Source: Candidatus Vogelbacteria bacterium RIFOXYD1_FULL_44_32 (lineage in GTDB: Bacteria; Patescibacteriota; Minisyncoccia; Phycocordibacterales; XYD1-FULL-46-19). From it: a stretch of DNA of 64,000 nt. Shown here in pieces: positions 18,945 to 27,898 of the stretch; positions within the stretch are counted from its first letter, which is position 1, and every line of letters starts with the position of its first letter. A program made the translations under genes and the position numbers. The stretch is from NCBI GenBank assembly GCA_001823065.1, contig MHTJ01000004.1, positions 37,839-101,838 of the forward strand, read 5' to 3'. A model generated the notes under the pieces. That model was given only the letters and a program-made list of their open reading frames with translations, was not told the DNA's origin and did not search any database.

Positions 18945-19940
18945 ATGTTAAATACTTCCCAAAAACTAAACCCAAAACTTTTTGACCTCAATGTGGAGCA
19001 GGTGCCTATTCGTGACGGGTTTGGGCAGGGGTTGGTGGAAGCGGGCGAGAAAAACGAGCAAGTAGTGGCGCTGTGTGCCGACCTTGTTGAGTCCACACGC
19101 ATCGAAAAATTTGCCAAACAGTTTCCCGAGCGATTTGTGGAAATGGGGGTGGCTGAACAAAACTTGGTGACGGTCGCTTCGGGGCTCGCTTCGATGGGCA
19201 AAATCCCTTTTACCGCCTCGTACGCTTGTTTTTCGCCAGGGCGCAACTGGGAACAGATTCGTACGACCATTACCTACAACGATGTACCGGTGAAAATTGT
19301 GGGGGCTCATGCTGGTATCTCGGTTGGCCCCGATGGGGGCACCCACCAAATGCTTGAAGACATTGCCCTAATGCGGGTGTTACCCAATATGGTGGTGGTG
19401 GTGCCGTGCGACAGTGTGGAAGCCAAGAAGGCGACACTCGCAATAGCGGAAAATGGTAAACCTAGCTATATACGCCTCGCTCGCAACAAGTCGGCTGTGG
19501 TTACTACCGCCACGTCGCCGTTTGAAGTGGGGAAAGCTAATGTGCTAGTTGACCCGGATCGGGCCGAAGTGGCGGTGATTGCTTGTGGGCAAATGGTCTA
19601 CTATGCCCTAATGGCGGCGCGCCAACTGGAGGCCGAGGGGATAAAAGTCTCGGTGACCAATTTGCATACTATTAAGCCACTAGACATGGAAACTATTCAC
19701 CGCGTCGCCGCCAACTCGGGCGCGGTGGTGACAGTCGAGGAACACCAAGTGGTTGGTGGGATGGGGAGCGCGGTGGCGGAAAGTTTGGCAAAAACTTTTC
19801 CGGTGCCGATAGAGTTTCTCGGGGTGCAAGATAAATATGGCCAGTCGGGCGAGCCAGGCGAACTTTTGGAGCACTATGGTTTGGGGGTGAAAGATATTGT
19901 TGGGGCCGTGAAGAAAGTCATAGGACGGAAGAAACGGTAG
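18945..19940 (+). CDS. Transketolase, C-terminal (pyrimidine-binding) subunit
   Basis: EMGVAEQN, GPDGGTHQ, TIKPLD, VEEH. Confidence 0.93.
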   Translation: MLNTSQKLNPKLFDLNVEQVPIRDGFGQGLVEAGEKNEQVVALCADLVESTRIEKFAKQFPERFVEMGVAEQNLVTVASGLASMGKIPFTASYACFSPGRNWEQIRTTITYNDVPVKIVGAHAGISVGPDGGTHQMLEDIALMRVLPNMVVVVPCDSVEAKKATLAIAENGKPSYIRLARNKSAVVTTATSPFEVGKANVLVDPDRAEVAVIACGQMVYYALMAARQLEAEGIKVSVTNLHTIKPLDMETIHRVAANSGAVVTVEEHQVVGGMGSAVAESLAKTFPVPIEFLGVQDKYGQSGEPGELLEHYGLGVKDIVGAVKKVIGRKKR

Positions 19941-19989
19941 ACATTTTGAGAGTTATTGCTATATTAAAAATAGAGAAAAGGAGGTGCGT

Positions 19990-20088
19990 ATGGGCCGTTT
20001 TAAAACAAGGGATTGGCTGGTGGCGGTGATTTTTGGAACGGTACTTTTTTTGTGTATTTTTGTTTCCGTTTACATTTTGGTTCGCTAG
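19990..20088 (+). CDS. 32-aa hydrophobic microprotein
   Basis: MGRFKTRDWLVAVIFGTVLFLCIFVSVYILVR; AAGGAGGT upstream, TAGACA-16-TATATT promoter, own terminator. Confidence 0.6.
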   Translation: MGRFKTRDWLVAVIFGTVLFLCIFVSVYILVR

Positions 20089-20111
20089 CGAATCAGAAAA
20101 CTGGCGGTGAT

Positions 20112-20166
20112 AGCGCGGGCAAGGTTGGATGGCGGGTGCGCCATCCAACCTTGCCCGCGCTTTTTT
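20112..20166 (+). terminator. Long GC-rich intrinsic terminator
   Basis: agcgcgggcaaggttggatggcg...cgccatccaaccttgcccgcgct followed by a T tract. Confidence 0.85.
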
Positions 20167-20195
20167 GTTTTGGTTATAAATAGTATAATTTTGAT

Positions 20196-21077
20196 ATGAA
20201 AAAAATCCTTATTATTGGGGGCGGGGAAATAGGCCAAGCCCTCGCCCAGCTTCTATTGGTTCACGAGCCAGTGATTTTTGATAAAGATGAAACTAAAAAT
20301 AAGGCCGGTCGGCCTTTAGCCGAATTATTAGCGGAAGCGGCCATTGTTTTTCTGGCGGTTCCAACTCAGGCCTTAGCGTCGGTTGGCAAGGAGATATCTT
20401 CGCATCTAAAAACCGAAGCTGTGGTCGTTTCTGTTTCTAAAGGCGCTAGTGCCAACGGAAATTTTTCTTTCGAAATTTTAGCCGAAGTATTACCCAATAA
20501 CCCGTTGGTGTTTATGGGTGGGCCGATGCTCGCTGCAGAAATTAAGGCGGGTAAAAAAGCGGGGGCCACCCTTGGTAGTGAATCAGCCGAGGCTCGTCTG
20601 GTGGTACGGGAGATTTTTGCCCACTCCAATCTGTTACTCAAAGAGTCGGATGATGCCACTGGGGTGGCCTTGGCTGGATTGTTAAAAAATTTTTATGCTT
20701 TGGGCCTGGCGGTAGCCGAAGAAGTTGGGGTCGGTGCCAATACTAAAGGGGCTTTAGTGGCCTCGGCCTTGGCTGAAATTACCGAGCTTTTGGTGTCATT
20801 TGGGGGTAAGGCCGAAACCGCTTATTCTTTAGCTGGTCTAGGCGACCTGGTGGCCACTGCTTCCAGTGAACATAGTCGCAATCGGACTGCTGGTCGCGAC
20901 CTAGTGAGGATTGGTAAATGTCCTATCGAAAGTGAGGGTAGCCTAGCCTTGCCTCTAGTTTGGCCACGGCTAGAAAGCAAGTTGGCGGGCATGCCATTTT
21001 TGGCAGCCATTGGCGAGGTGGTAGTCCACGGTAAAAATCCAAAAAATGTTTTTGAAAATATTCTCGAGAGGCTCTAA
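20196..21077 (+). CDS. gpsA: NAD(P)H-dependent glycerol-3-phosphate dehydrogenase
   Basis: GGGEIG, SKG, LKNFYA, AGLGDLVAT, SRNR. Confidence 0.88.
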   Translation: MKKILIIGGGEIGQALAQLLLVHEPVIFDKDETKNKAGRPLAELLAEAAIVFLAVPTQALASVGKEISSHLKTEAVVVSVSKGASANGNFSFEILAEVLPNNPLVFMGGPMLAAEIKAGKKAGATLGSESAEARLVVREIFAHSNLLLKESDDATGVALAGLLKNFYALGLAVAEEVGVGANTKGALVASALAEITELLVSFGGKAETAYSLAGLGDLVATASSEHSRNRTAGRDLVRIGKCPIESEGSLALPLVWPRLESKLAGMPFLAAIGEVVVHGKNPKNVFENILERL

Positions 21078-22260
21078 ATCTAAACAAAAAAAATTTCTAG
21101 TCCTTGATGTTGGTACTACTGGCGTCAAGGGTATTGTGTTTGCCGACGATGGTACTGTTTTAGCCAAGTCTTATCGTTTTTTAAAAAAGAATCATCCCAA
21201 GAAAGGTTGGGTTGAGCAAGACCCAATGGAAATGGTCTCGGCTAGTATTTTTGTTTTGCGCAATGCCCTAGATTTAGCCAAACTGACGGCTACAGATATT
21301 ACCGCTTGTGGTATTACCAACCAGCGCGAAACGACTATTTTGTGGGATAAAAATACCGGTTTGCCGGTTTGTCCGGCTATTGTGTGGGAAGATAATCGGA
21401 CCAAAGATTGGTGCGATGATCTGGCGCAAAAACATGGACCATTGGTTAGAGAAAAAACCGGACTTTTGATAGAACCATATTTTTCCGCTTCCAAAATTCG
21501 CTGGATTTTAAAAAATTCAGCTCAAGCCGAAAAGTTAAAACGGGAAGGTAATTTACTTTTTGGCACGGTCGACTCGTGGATTTTGTGGAACTTGTCCGAC
21601 GAGGCTGTTCATGCCACCGACTATACCAATGCTTCGCGGACCCTTTTGTATGATATTAAAGAGAAAAAATGGAACTCGGAATTGTTGGAAATTTTTTCAA
21701 TACCAAGCAATATCTTACCGCAAGTTTTAGATTCGGCCGGGCGTTTTGGTAGTCTACGTCGCGATATTGTTAGTGGGGAGATACCGATTGGAGCGATCAT
21801 TGGTGATCAAGAAGCCAGTGCTGTGGCTGCCGCGCTCGAGCGGGGGGTGACCAAAGTCACTTATGGTACCGGGGCGTTTATTGCCCAAGGGTTAGGCCAA
21901 AATTTTGAACTTCATGATGGTTTTTACACCACTTTAGTACCCGGCTTGTATGGGCCCGAGTATATGCTAGAGGCCAAAGTCAGTGGCTATGGCGACCAGG
22001 TAGGAAAATATTTAAAAGACCCAGTCAAACTAAAAGAAGTTTTGGAAAGTCTAACCAAAGAAGTGGGACAAGTGTTAGAGCGTCTGCCTTTACCGGTGTC
22101 TAAAGTTATGGCTGACGGAGGGATTACCCAAGCCGAGTTTTTGTTGGCGGAACAAGAACGAGTTTCGGGAATAAAAATGGTTAAACAAAAAATATACGAT
22201 GGTACCAGTCTGGGGGTGCTATATCTACTGCAAGACTTTTTGAAACAACCAAAAGTTTGA
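21046..22260 (+). CDS. glpK: FGGY-family kinase, glycerol kinase-like, with shortened C-terminal domain
   Basis: DVGTTG, GITNQRETT, YFSASK, TDYTNASRT, GDQ, TYGTG, DGG. Confidence 0.8.
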   Translation: MFLKIFSRGSKSKQKKFLVLDVGTTGVKGIVFADDGTVLAKSYRFLKKNHPKKGWVEQDPMEMVSASIFVLRNALDLAKLTATDITACGITNQRETTILWDKNTGLPVCPAIVWEDNRTKDWCDDLAQKHGPLVREKTGLLIEPYFSASKIRWILKNSAQAEKLKREGNLLFGTVDSWILWNLSDEAVHATDYTNASRTLLYDIKEKKWNSELLEIFSIPSNILPQVLDSAGRFGSLRRDIVSGEIPIGAIIGDQEASAVAAALERGVTKVTYGTGAFIAQGLGQNFELHDGFYTTLVPGLYGPEYMLEAKVSGYGDQVGKYLKDPVKLKEVLESLTKEVGQVLERLPLPVSKVMADGGITQAEFLLAEQERVSGIKMVKQKIYDGTSLGVLYLLQDFLKQPKV

Positions 22261-22463
22261 CAAATTTTATAAGAAGTATATAAAGAGAGAAGATTTTTCT
22301 CGTGGGCGACGCCAGCAATGCCGCAACGTGCTGGGATGCTCCCTCCTTGTTTGTCGCCCACGAGAACCTTTGGCCACCTTTCCCTATCCGGAAGAGAGGA
22401 CTTGCTGGTTTTACCCCATTCCAGCTCCTTACTCTCTTTCGGATAGGGGTTTTATTTTGCCTA

Positions 22464-22491
22464 TTGACAAAAAAGTAGGGGGTGCTATAAT
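22464..22491 (+). promoter_or_regulatory. Consensus sigma70 promoter
   Basis: TTGACA-16-TATAAT with extended TG. Confidence 0.7.
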
Positions 22492-22787
22492 GGGGATTGA
22501 ACAAGTGAATGACCAACTGACGGAAGGAGGTGATGTCTATGTTGGCCACGAAGTCCCTTGAACATTATTTTGATATGAAGACGACGGCAACCACCGCCAC
22601 GGCCTGACCGGCCATCGGCGCGCGCCCCAACAAACCGGGCATAGGGCCCGGGGAGGAATACCCATGAACATTCGGCGTCCGCGCGACTCAGCCGGCTAGG
22701 TACTCTAGCCATCTGCGTCGCAAATAAATTTGCCGTCCCCCGACCACGTGCCTTTATGGCAATCGCGCACGGGGGGCGGCTTTTCTT

Positions 22788-23783
22788 TTACAATTTTTTA
22801 GGAGCGTAATCAGCTGGAGCTTCAGCTAAATATTTTTCAATTTTTTCTTTGGTCAAAAGGCCAGATTGGGCACCAACAGATTGCACTACTGACATCGAGT
22901 TTATCGGCGCGCGCTTGAGCGCCTCCGGGACACTCATTCCTAAAGCAATAAAAGAAGTAAAGGTCGAGGCAAAAGCGTCACCGGCTCCCGTGCGACTTAT
23001 TGGTGATTTTGGGTCGGGGTAAATTGGCATTTGCCACATGTCGGTACCGTCAAAAGTGTAGGCGCCATTTGGCCCGTCAGTCAGACCCACTATTTTGGGA
23101 CCCAAATTTTTAATGCTGGTCAATAGATTTTTCACATCAGTCTCGTCTGGAGTTTTTAATATTCGCCGTGCTTCTTCTAGGTTGCAGACAAATATTTCGG
23201 TCCGAGCAAAAATATCGGGCAGTTTATCTGGGCCCAAATTTATTTGAAAAGTCCCTGGTTGAAAGGCTAATTTGGTTTCGGGGTGAGCCAAAAGCCAGGT
23301 CGCCAACTGGTGGTGAAAATCAAGCGAGTTTTCACCTAGCGAGCTAAGGTAAATCCAGCGCGGGTTGCCAATATCCGGCAAACTATAATCATATTTTTCG
23401 TGCTTAATTAAAATAGTCCGTTCGGCGCCATACCACAAAACATAATGATAATTGGTTTTTTGGCCGGCATTGGTTTTTACCAAATCAGTCGCGACATTTT
23501 CCTTAGCTAAACTTGCTAGGGCTTCTTTACCTTCGTCGTCATCACCAATATTAGTCAGAAGACCAGTAGTAAGGCCCAGACGGGAAGCCGAGACAGCGGC
23601 ATTGGGCGAATTGCCGACCGCAGGCACAATGGTGACCGACTCGTAGGGGATTTTGTCACCGAAAGCCAGACAGATTTTGCAATTGTCTTTATTAATATCA
23701 CAATTGACCTCGGCCTCTTGCAGTTTAATAAAAGCATCAGTAGTAATATCGCCAATTGCTAAAATGTCTAGTTTTTTATTCAT
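22788..23783 (-). CDS. PfkB-family carbohydrate kinase
   Basis: GNSPNAAV, N.EEA, TGAGDAF; ATG at 23783. Confidence 0.9.
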   Translation of the reverse strand: MNKKLDILAIGDITTDAFIKLQEAEVNCDINKDNCKICLAFGDKIPYESVTIVPAVGNSPNAAVSASRLGLTTGLLTNIGDDDEGKEALASLAKENVATDLVKTNAGQKTNYHYVLWYGAERTILIKHEKYDYSLPDIGNPRWIYLSSLGENSLDFHHQLATWLLAHPETKLAFQPGTFQINLGPDKLPDIFARTEIFVCNLEEARRILKTPDETDVKNLLTSIKNLGPKIVGLTDGPNGAYTFDGTDMWQMPIYPDPKSPISRTGAGDAFASTFTSFIALGMSVPEALKRAPINSMSVVQSVGAQSGLLTKEKIEKYLAEAPADYAPKKL

Positions 23784-23817
23784 TTCTAAATTATACCTTT
23801 CTCTGTAATTATTCCCA

Positions 23818-23848
23818 AAAATATTGGACACCGAGTGTCCAATATTTT
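23818..23848. repeat. REP palindrome, left flank of RAYT
   Basis: aaaatattggacac-CGA-gtgtccaatatttt. Confidence 0.9.
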
Positions 23849-23854
23849 AAACTT

Positions 23855-24526
23855 ATGATAATGAGAAAGATAAAAATTTGTGAGGGGGAGTATTATCACA
23901 TTTACAATCGTGGAGTAGATAAAAAAGACATTTTTATTGATAAACGAGATTACGCCCGGTTCTTATTTTGTGTTTTGTTTTTCCAATCGCCACTTTCATT
24001 AGTTAATCCTCCCTCCTATATTAATTATTTTATTGGACACTCGGTGTTCAATATTTCTCAAAAAATTAAAAAACAAATAATTAGTGATAAGTATGTTGAG
24101 TTGGTGTCTTTTATATTTATGCCCAATCATTTCCATTTAATTGTTAAGGAAAAGGTGGCAGGGGGAATTTCTCAATATATGCAAAGAATTCAAAATTCTT
24201 TTACAAAATATTTTAATACAAAATATAAAAAGAATGGGCATTTATTTCAGGGGCCATATCAAATTGTTTATATTGAAGATGATGAACAGTTACTTTATTT
24301 ATCATCATATATACATCGGAATTGTCGGGTACTTAATGGTTGGAAGAATAAGGAGGAAAAGTATCCGTGGTCAAGCTACTCTGATTTTTTAGGCCCAAAT
24401 CGGTTTGGTGGTCTATTAGAACCAGAAATTATTATGTCCGAATTTAATAATGCTGGTGATTATAAAATAGAGGTTCAAAACAGTGGCGCCAAAGAGATAA
24501 TTGAAGATTTATTAATTGATAATTGA
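23855..24526 (+). mobile_element. REP-associated tyrosine transposase (RAYT, Y1 HUH family)
   Basis: YYHIYNRG..K..IF, MPNHFHL (HUH), HLFQG, YIHRN, YPWSSY; AT-rich; flanked by inverted REPs. Confidence 0.9.
24031..24053. repeat. REP copy inside the RAYT coding sequence
   Basis: tattggacac-TCG-gtgttcaata, one change from the flanking copy. Confidence 0.8.
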
Positions 24527-24527
24527 T

Positions 24528-24554
24528 AATATTGGACACTCGGTGTCCAATATT
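24528..24554. repeat. REP palindrome, right flank of RAYT (inverted relative to the left copy)
   Basis: aatattggacac-TCG-gtgtccaatatt, exact reverse complement of 23820-23846. Confidence 0.9.
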
Positions 24555-24601
24555 TTGTTTTTCTAGAGAAGATGTAAAGTCTTTATGGTAGAATAGGAGG
24601 A

Positions 24602-25468
24602 ATGAAGACATTAATTGAATATATTCAGGAGGCAGATAAGGGAGGTTGGGCCCTGGGGCATTTTAATATTTCTAATATTGAGGGCCTGTGGGGGGTGTTT
24701 CGGGCGGCCGAGGCTGAAAAATTACCAGTCATTATTGGGGTGTCCGAAGGGGAACGAAATTTTATTGGTATTAAACAGGTTAAAGCTTTGGTTGATAGCT
24801 TGAAGGCCGAATATAACTATCCCATATTTTTAAATGCGGACCATACTTACTCCCTAGAAGAAATAAAAAAAGTGGTGGATGCGGGGTATGACTCAGTGGT
24901 GGTGGATGGGTCGAAACTAAGTTTGGAAGATAATATTACCCTAACGAAAACCGCGGTGGCTTATGCTAAAAGTGTGAACCCTAATATCTTGGTAGAAGGG
25001 GAGATTGGTTATATTGGCACTTCGAGCAAATTGCTGGACGAAATACCAGAGGAGGCCGCGATTTCAGGCGAGGCCTTGCCCTCGCCTGAAATCGCGGCCC
25101 AGTTTGTGCAAGCTACCGGCGTGGACTTGCTCGCTCCAGCAGTGGGTAATTTGCATGGTATGTTAAAGTCGGGGACTGATCCGCGTTTGGATATTGAATT
25201 GATAAAAAATATGCGAACCAAATGTGGGGTGCCACTGGTTTTGCATGGTGGGTCGGGTATTACCGATGAAGATTTTCGGTCGGCGATTAAAGCCGGTGTC
25301 TCGATGATTCATATTAATACCGAAATTAGGATAGTTTTTCGTGATGCTTTAAAAATATATTTGCAAAATAATCCAGACGAGATTGCACCGTACAAAATAA
25401 TGGCTCCGTCTATGCACGCGATTGAACAGAAAACCACCGAGCGATTGCGTTTATTTGCTGGGCGCTAA
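24602..25468 (+). CDS. fba: Class II fructose-bisphosphate aldolase
   Basis: ADH, VEGEIG, GNLHG, LVLHGGSG, INTE. Confidence 0.93.
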   Translation: MKTLIEYIQEADKGGWALGHFNISNIEGLWGVFRAAEAEKLPVIIGVSEGERNFIGIKQVKALVDSLKAEYNYPIFLNADHTYSLEEIKKVVDAGYDSVVVDGSKLSLEDNITLTKTAVAYAKSVNPNILVEGEIGYIGTSSKLLDEIPEEAAISGEALPSPEIAAQFVQATGVDLLAPAVGNLHGMLKSGTDPRLDIELIKNMRTKCGVPLVLHGGSGITDEDFRSAIKAGVSMIHINTEIRIVFRDALKIYLQNNPDEIAPYKIMAPSMHAIEQKTTERLRLFAGR

Positions 25469-25471
25469 GAT

Positions 25472-27121
25472 ATGGCTATTTCCCTTGACCTCCAAAAAGA
25501 GCTAGCCAAACAGTTTAAGGGTGAAATTTCGACTGACCCTAAAGTTTTAGCGACTTATAGCCATGATGCGAGTTTGTTTGAAGTTTTGCCGGCATTGGTG
25601 GTCTGGCCTAAAGACGAGGCTGATATTAAAGCTCTGGTTGATTTTGTTAATAAAAACAAATCAGATAATCCGGAGTTGGCGATTACGGTTCGGGCGGCCG
25701 GCACTTGTATGTCGGGCGGGGCCATTGGTGAGTCTATCGTGGCTGACACCACAAAATATATGCGTGGCGTGTTTGACCTAGAAACTGGTCGAGCCACAGT
25801 GTTGCCCGGGACTTTCTATCGGGATTTTGAGGTGGAGGCGAAAAAAACTGGTCAAATGTTACCCTCTTATACCGCCTCTAAAGATCTAAACGCGATTGGC
25901 GGGATGATTGGCAACAATTCTGGGGGTGAAAAAAACTTACGCTATGGCAAGACCGAAAAATATGTGGAAACTTTAGAGGTAGTACTCGCGGATGGTGAGA
26001 CTTATGAAATAAAAGCTTTGACCAAATTTGAACTAGATCAGCAAATGAATCAAGATAATTTTTTGGGTAAAATTTATCGTGAGGTTTTTAGTTTACTGGA
26101 AAATAATAAAGCGATAATCGAGAAAGCTAGGCCGCGGGTGTCTAAAAATTCCGCCGGCTATTATTTGTGGAATATTTGGGATGGTCAAACTTTTAATTTA
26201 AATAAACTTTTTACGGGTGCGCAAGGCACCTTGGGAATTGTAACCAAGGCGACCTTAAAGCTGGTTCCGATTGAAGAAAAATCGGAGTTGGTTGTAGTTT
26301 TTTTGTCCGATGTGGCTCAAGTGGCGGAGATTGTAAATGAGGCGCTTGTTTTTGCTCCAGACAGTATCGAGTCTTATGACGACAAAACTATGAAGTTGGC
26401 GCTACGTTTTTTGCCTGCCCTCGCTAAAAAATTAAAATTTGGCGGTTTATGGAAGCTGGGCTGGTCGTTTTGGCCAGAATTTAAAATGGCTATACGAACT
26501 GGTTTGCCTAAGTTGGTTTTGTTGGTTGAATTTACCGGGCGAGCCGACGAAGATTTAAACAGTAAAGCGGGTCAGTTTGTTCAAAAAATGGAAGCAATGG
26601 GCATAAAAGCTCACCAGACTACTGGTCCAGCTGAAACCGAAAAATATTGGACGATCAGGCGCGAGGCTTTTAGTCTTTTGCGCCAACATTTAGGCAAAAA
26701 ACGTACCGCGCCGTTTATTGACGATATTATTGTCGAGCCAGCCAAAATGCCTGAGTTTTTGCCTAAATTGCGGGCGATTTTAGATGAGTATAATTTATTT
26801 TATACTATTGCCGGCCACGCCGGTGATGGTAATTTTCATATTATTCCCCTGATGGATATGCGTAACCCCAAAAATGTGGAGATTATTATAGGATTGTCAG
26901 ATAGGGTTTATGATTTAGTGATTAGTTTTGGGGGTTCAATCACCGCCGAACACAACGATGGTATTATTCGCACGCCCTACCTGGAAAAGATGTATGGCCC
27001 GGAAATAGTCAGGCTTTTTGCCGAGTTAAAGCAAATCTTTGACCCCCAAAATATCTTTAATCCAGGCAAGAAGGTGGGGGGGAGTAAAGAGTACCTCAAA
27101 GACCATTTAGCCCGGTCATAA
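25472..27121 (+). CDS. FAD-linked oxidoreductase (GlcD/D-lactate dehydrogenase-like)
   Basis: RAAGT, IGGMIGNNSGG, QGTLGIVT, GHAGDGNFH, EHNDG, FDPQNIFNPGK. Confidence 0.9.
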   Translation: MAISLDLQKELAKQFKGEISTDPKVLATYSHDASLFEVLPALVVWPKDEADIKALVDFVNKNKSDNPELAITVRAAGTCMSGGAIGESIVADTTKYMRGVFDLETGRATVLPGTFYRDFEVEAKKTGQMLPSYTASKDLNAIGGMIGNNSGGEKNLRYGKTEKYVETLEVVLADGETYEIKALTKFELDQQMNQDNFLGKIYREVFSLLENNKAIIEKARPRVSKNSAGYYLWNIWDGQTFNLNKLFTGAQGTLGIVTKATLKLVPIEEKSELVVVFLSDVAQVAEIVNEALVFAPDSIESYDDKTMKLALRFLPALAKKLKFGGLWKLGWSFWPEFKMAIRTGLPKLVLLVEFTGRADEDLNSKAGQFVQKMEAMGIKAHQTTGPAETEKYWTIRREAFSLLRQHLGKKRTAPFIDDIIVEPAKMPEFLPKLRAILDEYNLFYTIAGHAGDGNFHIIPLMDMRNPKNVEIIIGLSDRVYDLVISFGGSITAEHNDGIIRTPYLEKMYGPEIVRLFAELKQIFDPQNIFNPGKKVGGSKEYLKDHLARS

Positions 27122-27170
27122 CAGAAATAGCCTTGCATATTTTTGAAATTTCTTATATATTGTCTCCGTT

Positions 27171-27833
27171 ATGTTAACCCTAAATGCGCAAAAAAGGGAG
27201 ACCTTTGGCAAGAAGCTAGAGGGAGCCAGAAAAGACGGGAAACTCCCGGTGGTTATTTATGGCCCCAAAGAAGACGCCTCGTCTTATTTTGTGGACACCA
27301 AAGAGTTTAATAAAGTTTATCGTGAAGCGGGTGAATCAACGGTGATTGAATTTAAAACCGAAGCTGGCGACCACGATGTGCTAATTAAGGAAACTGACCA
27401 CAACCCGATTTCCGGGGAAGTTATTCATGTTGATTTTTACGTCATTGAAAAAGGTAAAAAGGTAGAGGTAGAGGTCCCATTGGTGTTTGAGGGTGAATCA
27501 CCAGCGGTGGAAAATTTGGCCGGTATCTTGGTCAAGGTTATTCACGACTTGCCAATTGAGGCCATGCCGAAAGATTTACCTCACGATATTAAGGTGGATA
27601 TTTCAGCTCTAGTTGATTTTGATAGTCAGATTACGGTGGCCGATTTGGTTGTTCCGGCTGGGGTAACAGTGCTGATTGATGCAACAGAAGTGGTGGCCCT
27701 AGTAACTGAAGCTAAAGAGGAGCCCGTAGAAGCAGAGCCAATCGATATTTCCACGATTGAGGTAGAAAAGAAGGGTAAGAAAGATGAGGAAGGGGCGGAA
27801 GCTAAAGAAGGGGAAGATAAAACCGCTGAATAA
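27171..27833 (+). CDS. rplY: 50S ribosomal protein bL25/Ctc
   Basis: LPVVIYG, HVDFY, acidic tail. Confidence 0.93.
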   Translation: MLTLNAQKRETFGKKLEGARKDGKLPVVIYGPKEDASSYFVDTKEFNKVYREAGESTVIEFKTEAGDHDVLIKETDHNPISGEVIHVDFYVIEKGKKVEVEVPLVFEGESPAVENLAGILVKVIHDLPIEAMPKDLPHDIKVDISALVDFDSQITVADLVVPAGVTVLIDATEVVALVTEAKEEPVEAEPIDISTIEVEKKGKKDEEGAEAKEGEDKTAE

Positions 27834-27845
27834 ACTGCCAGACAG

Positions 27846-27884
27846 AAAACCCCCAGCGGCGCTTCGCGCCGCTGGGGGTTTTTT
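27846..27884. terminator. Bidirectional hairpin terminator / REP-like palindrome
   Basis: aaaacccccagcggcgc-TTC-gcgccgctgggggtttt. Confidence 0.75.
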
Positions 27885-27898
27885 GCTATAATGTAATT

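Noticed and set aside
23756-24526. IS200/IS605 element with tnpB, and the 23756 start
   Set aside because: No tnpB; motifs and inverted REPs fit a RAYT; the long start overlaps pfkB and the REP
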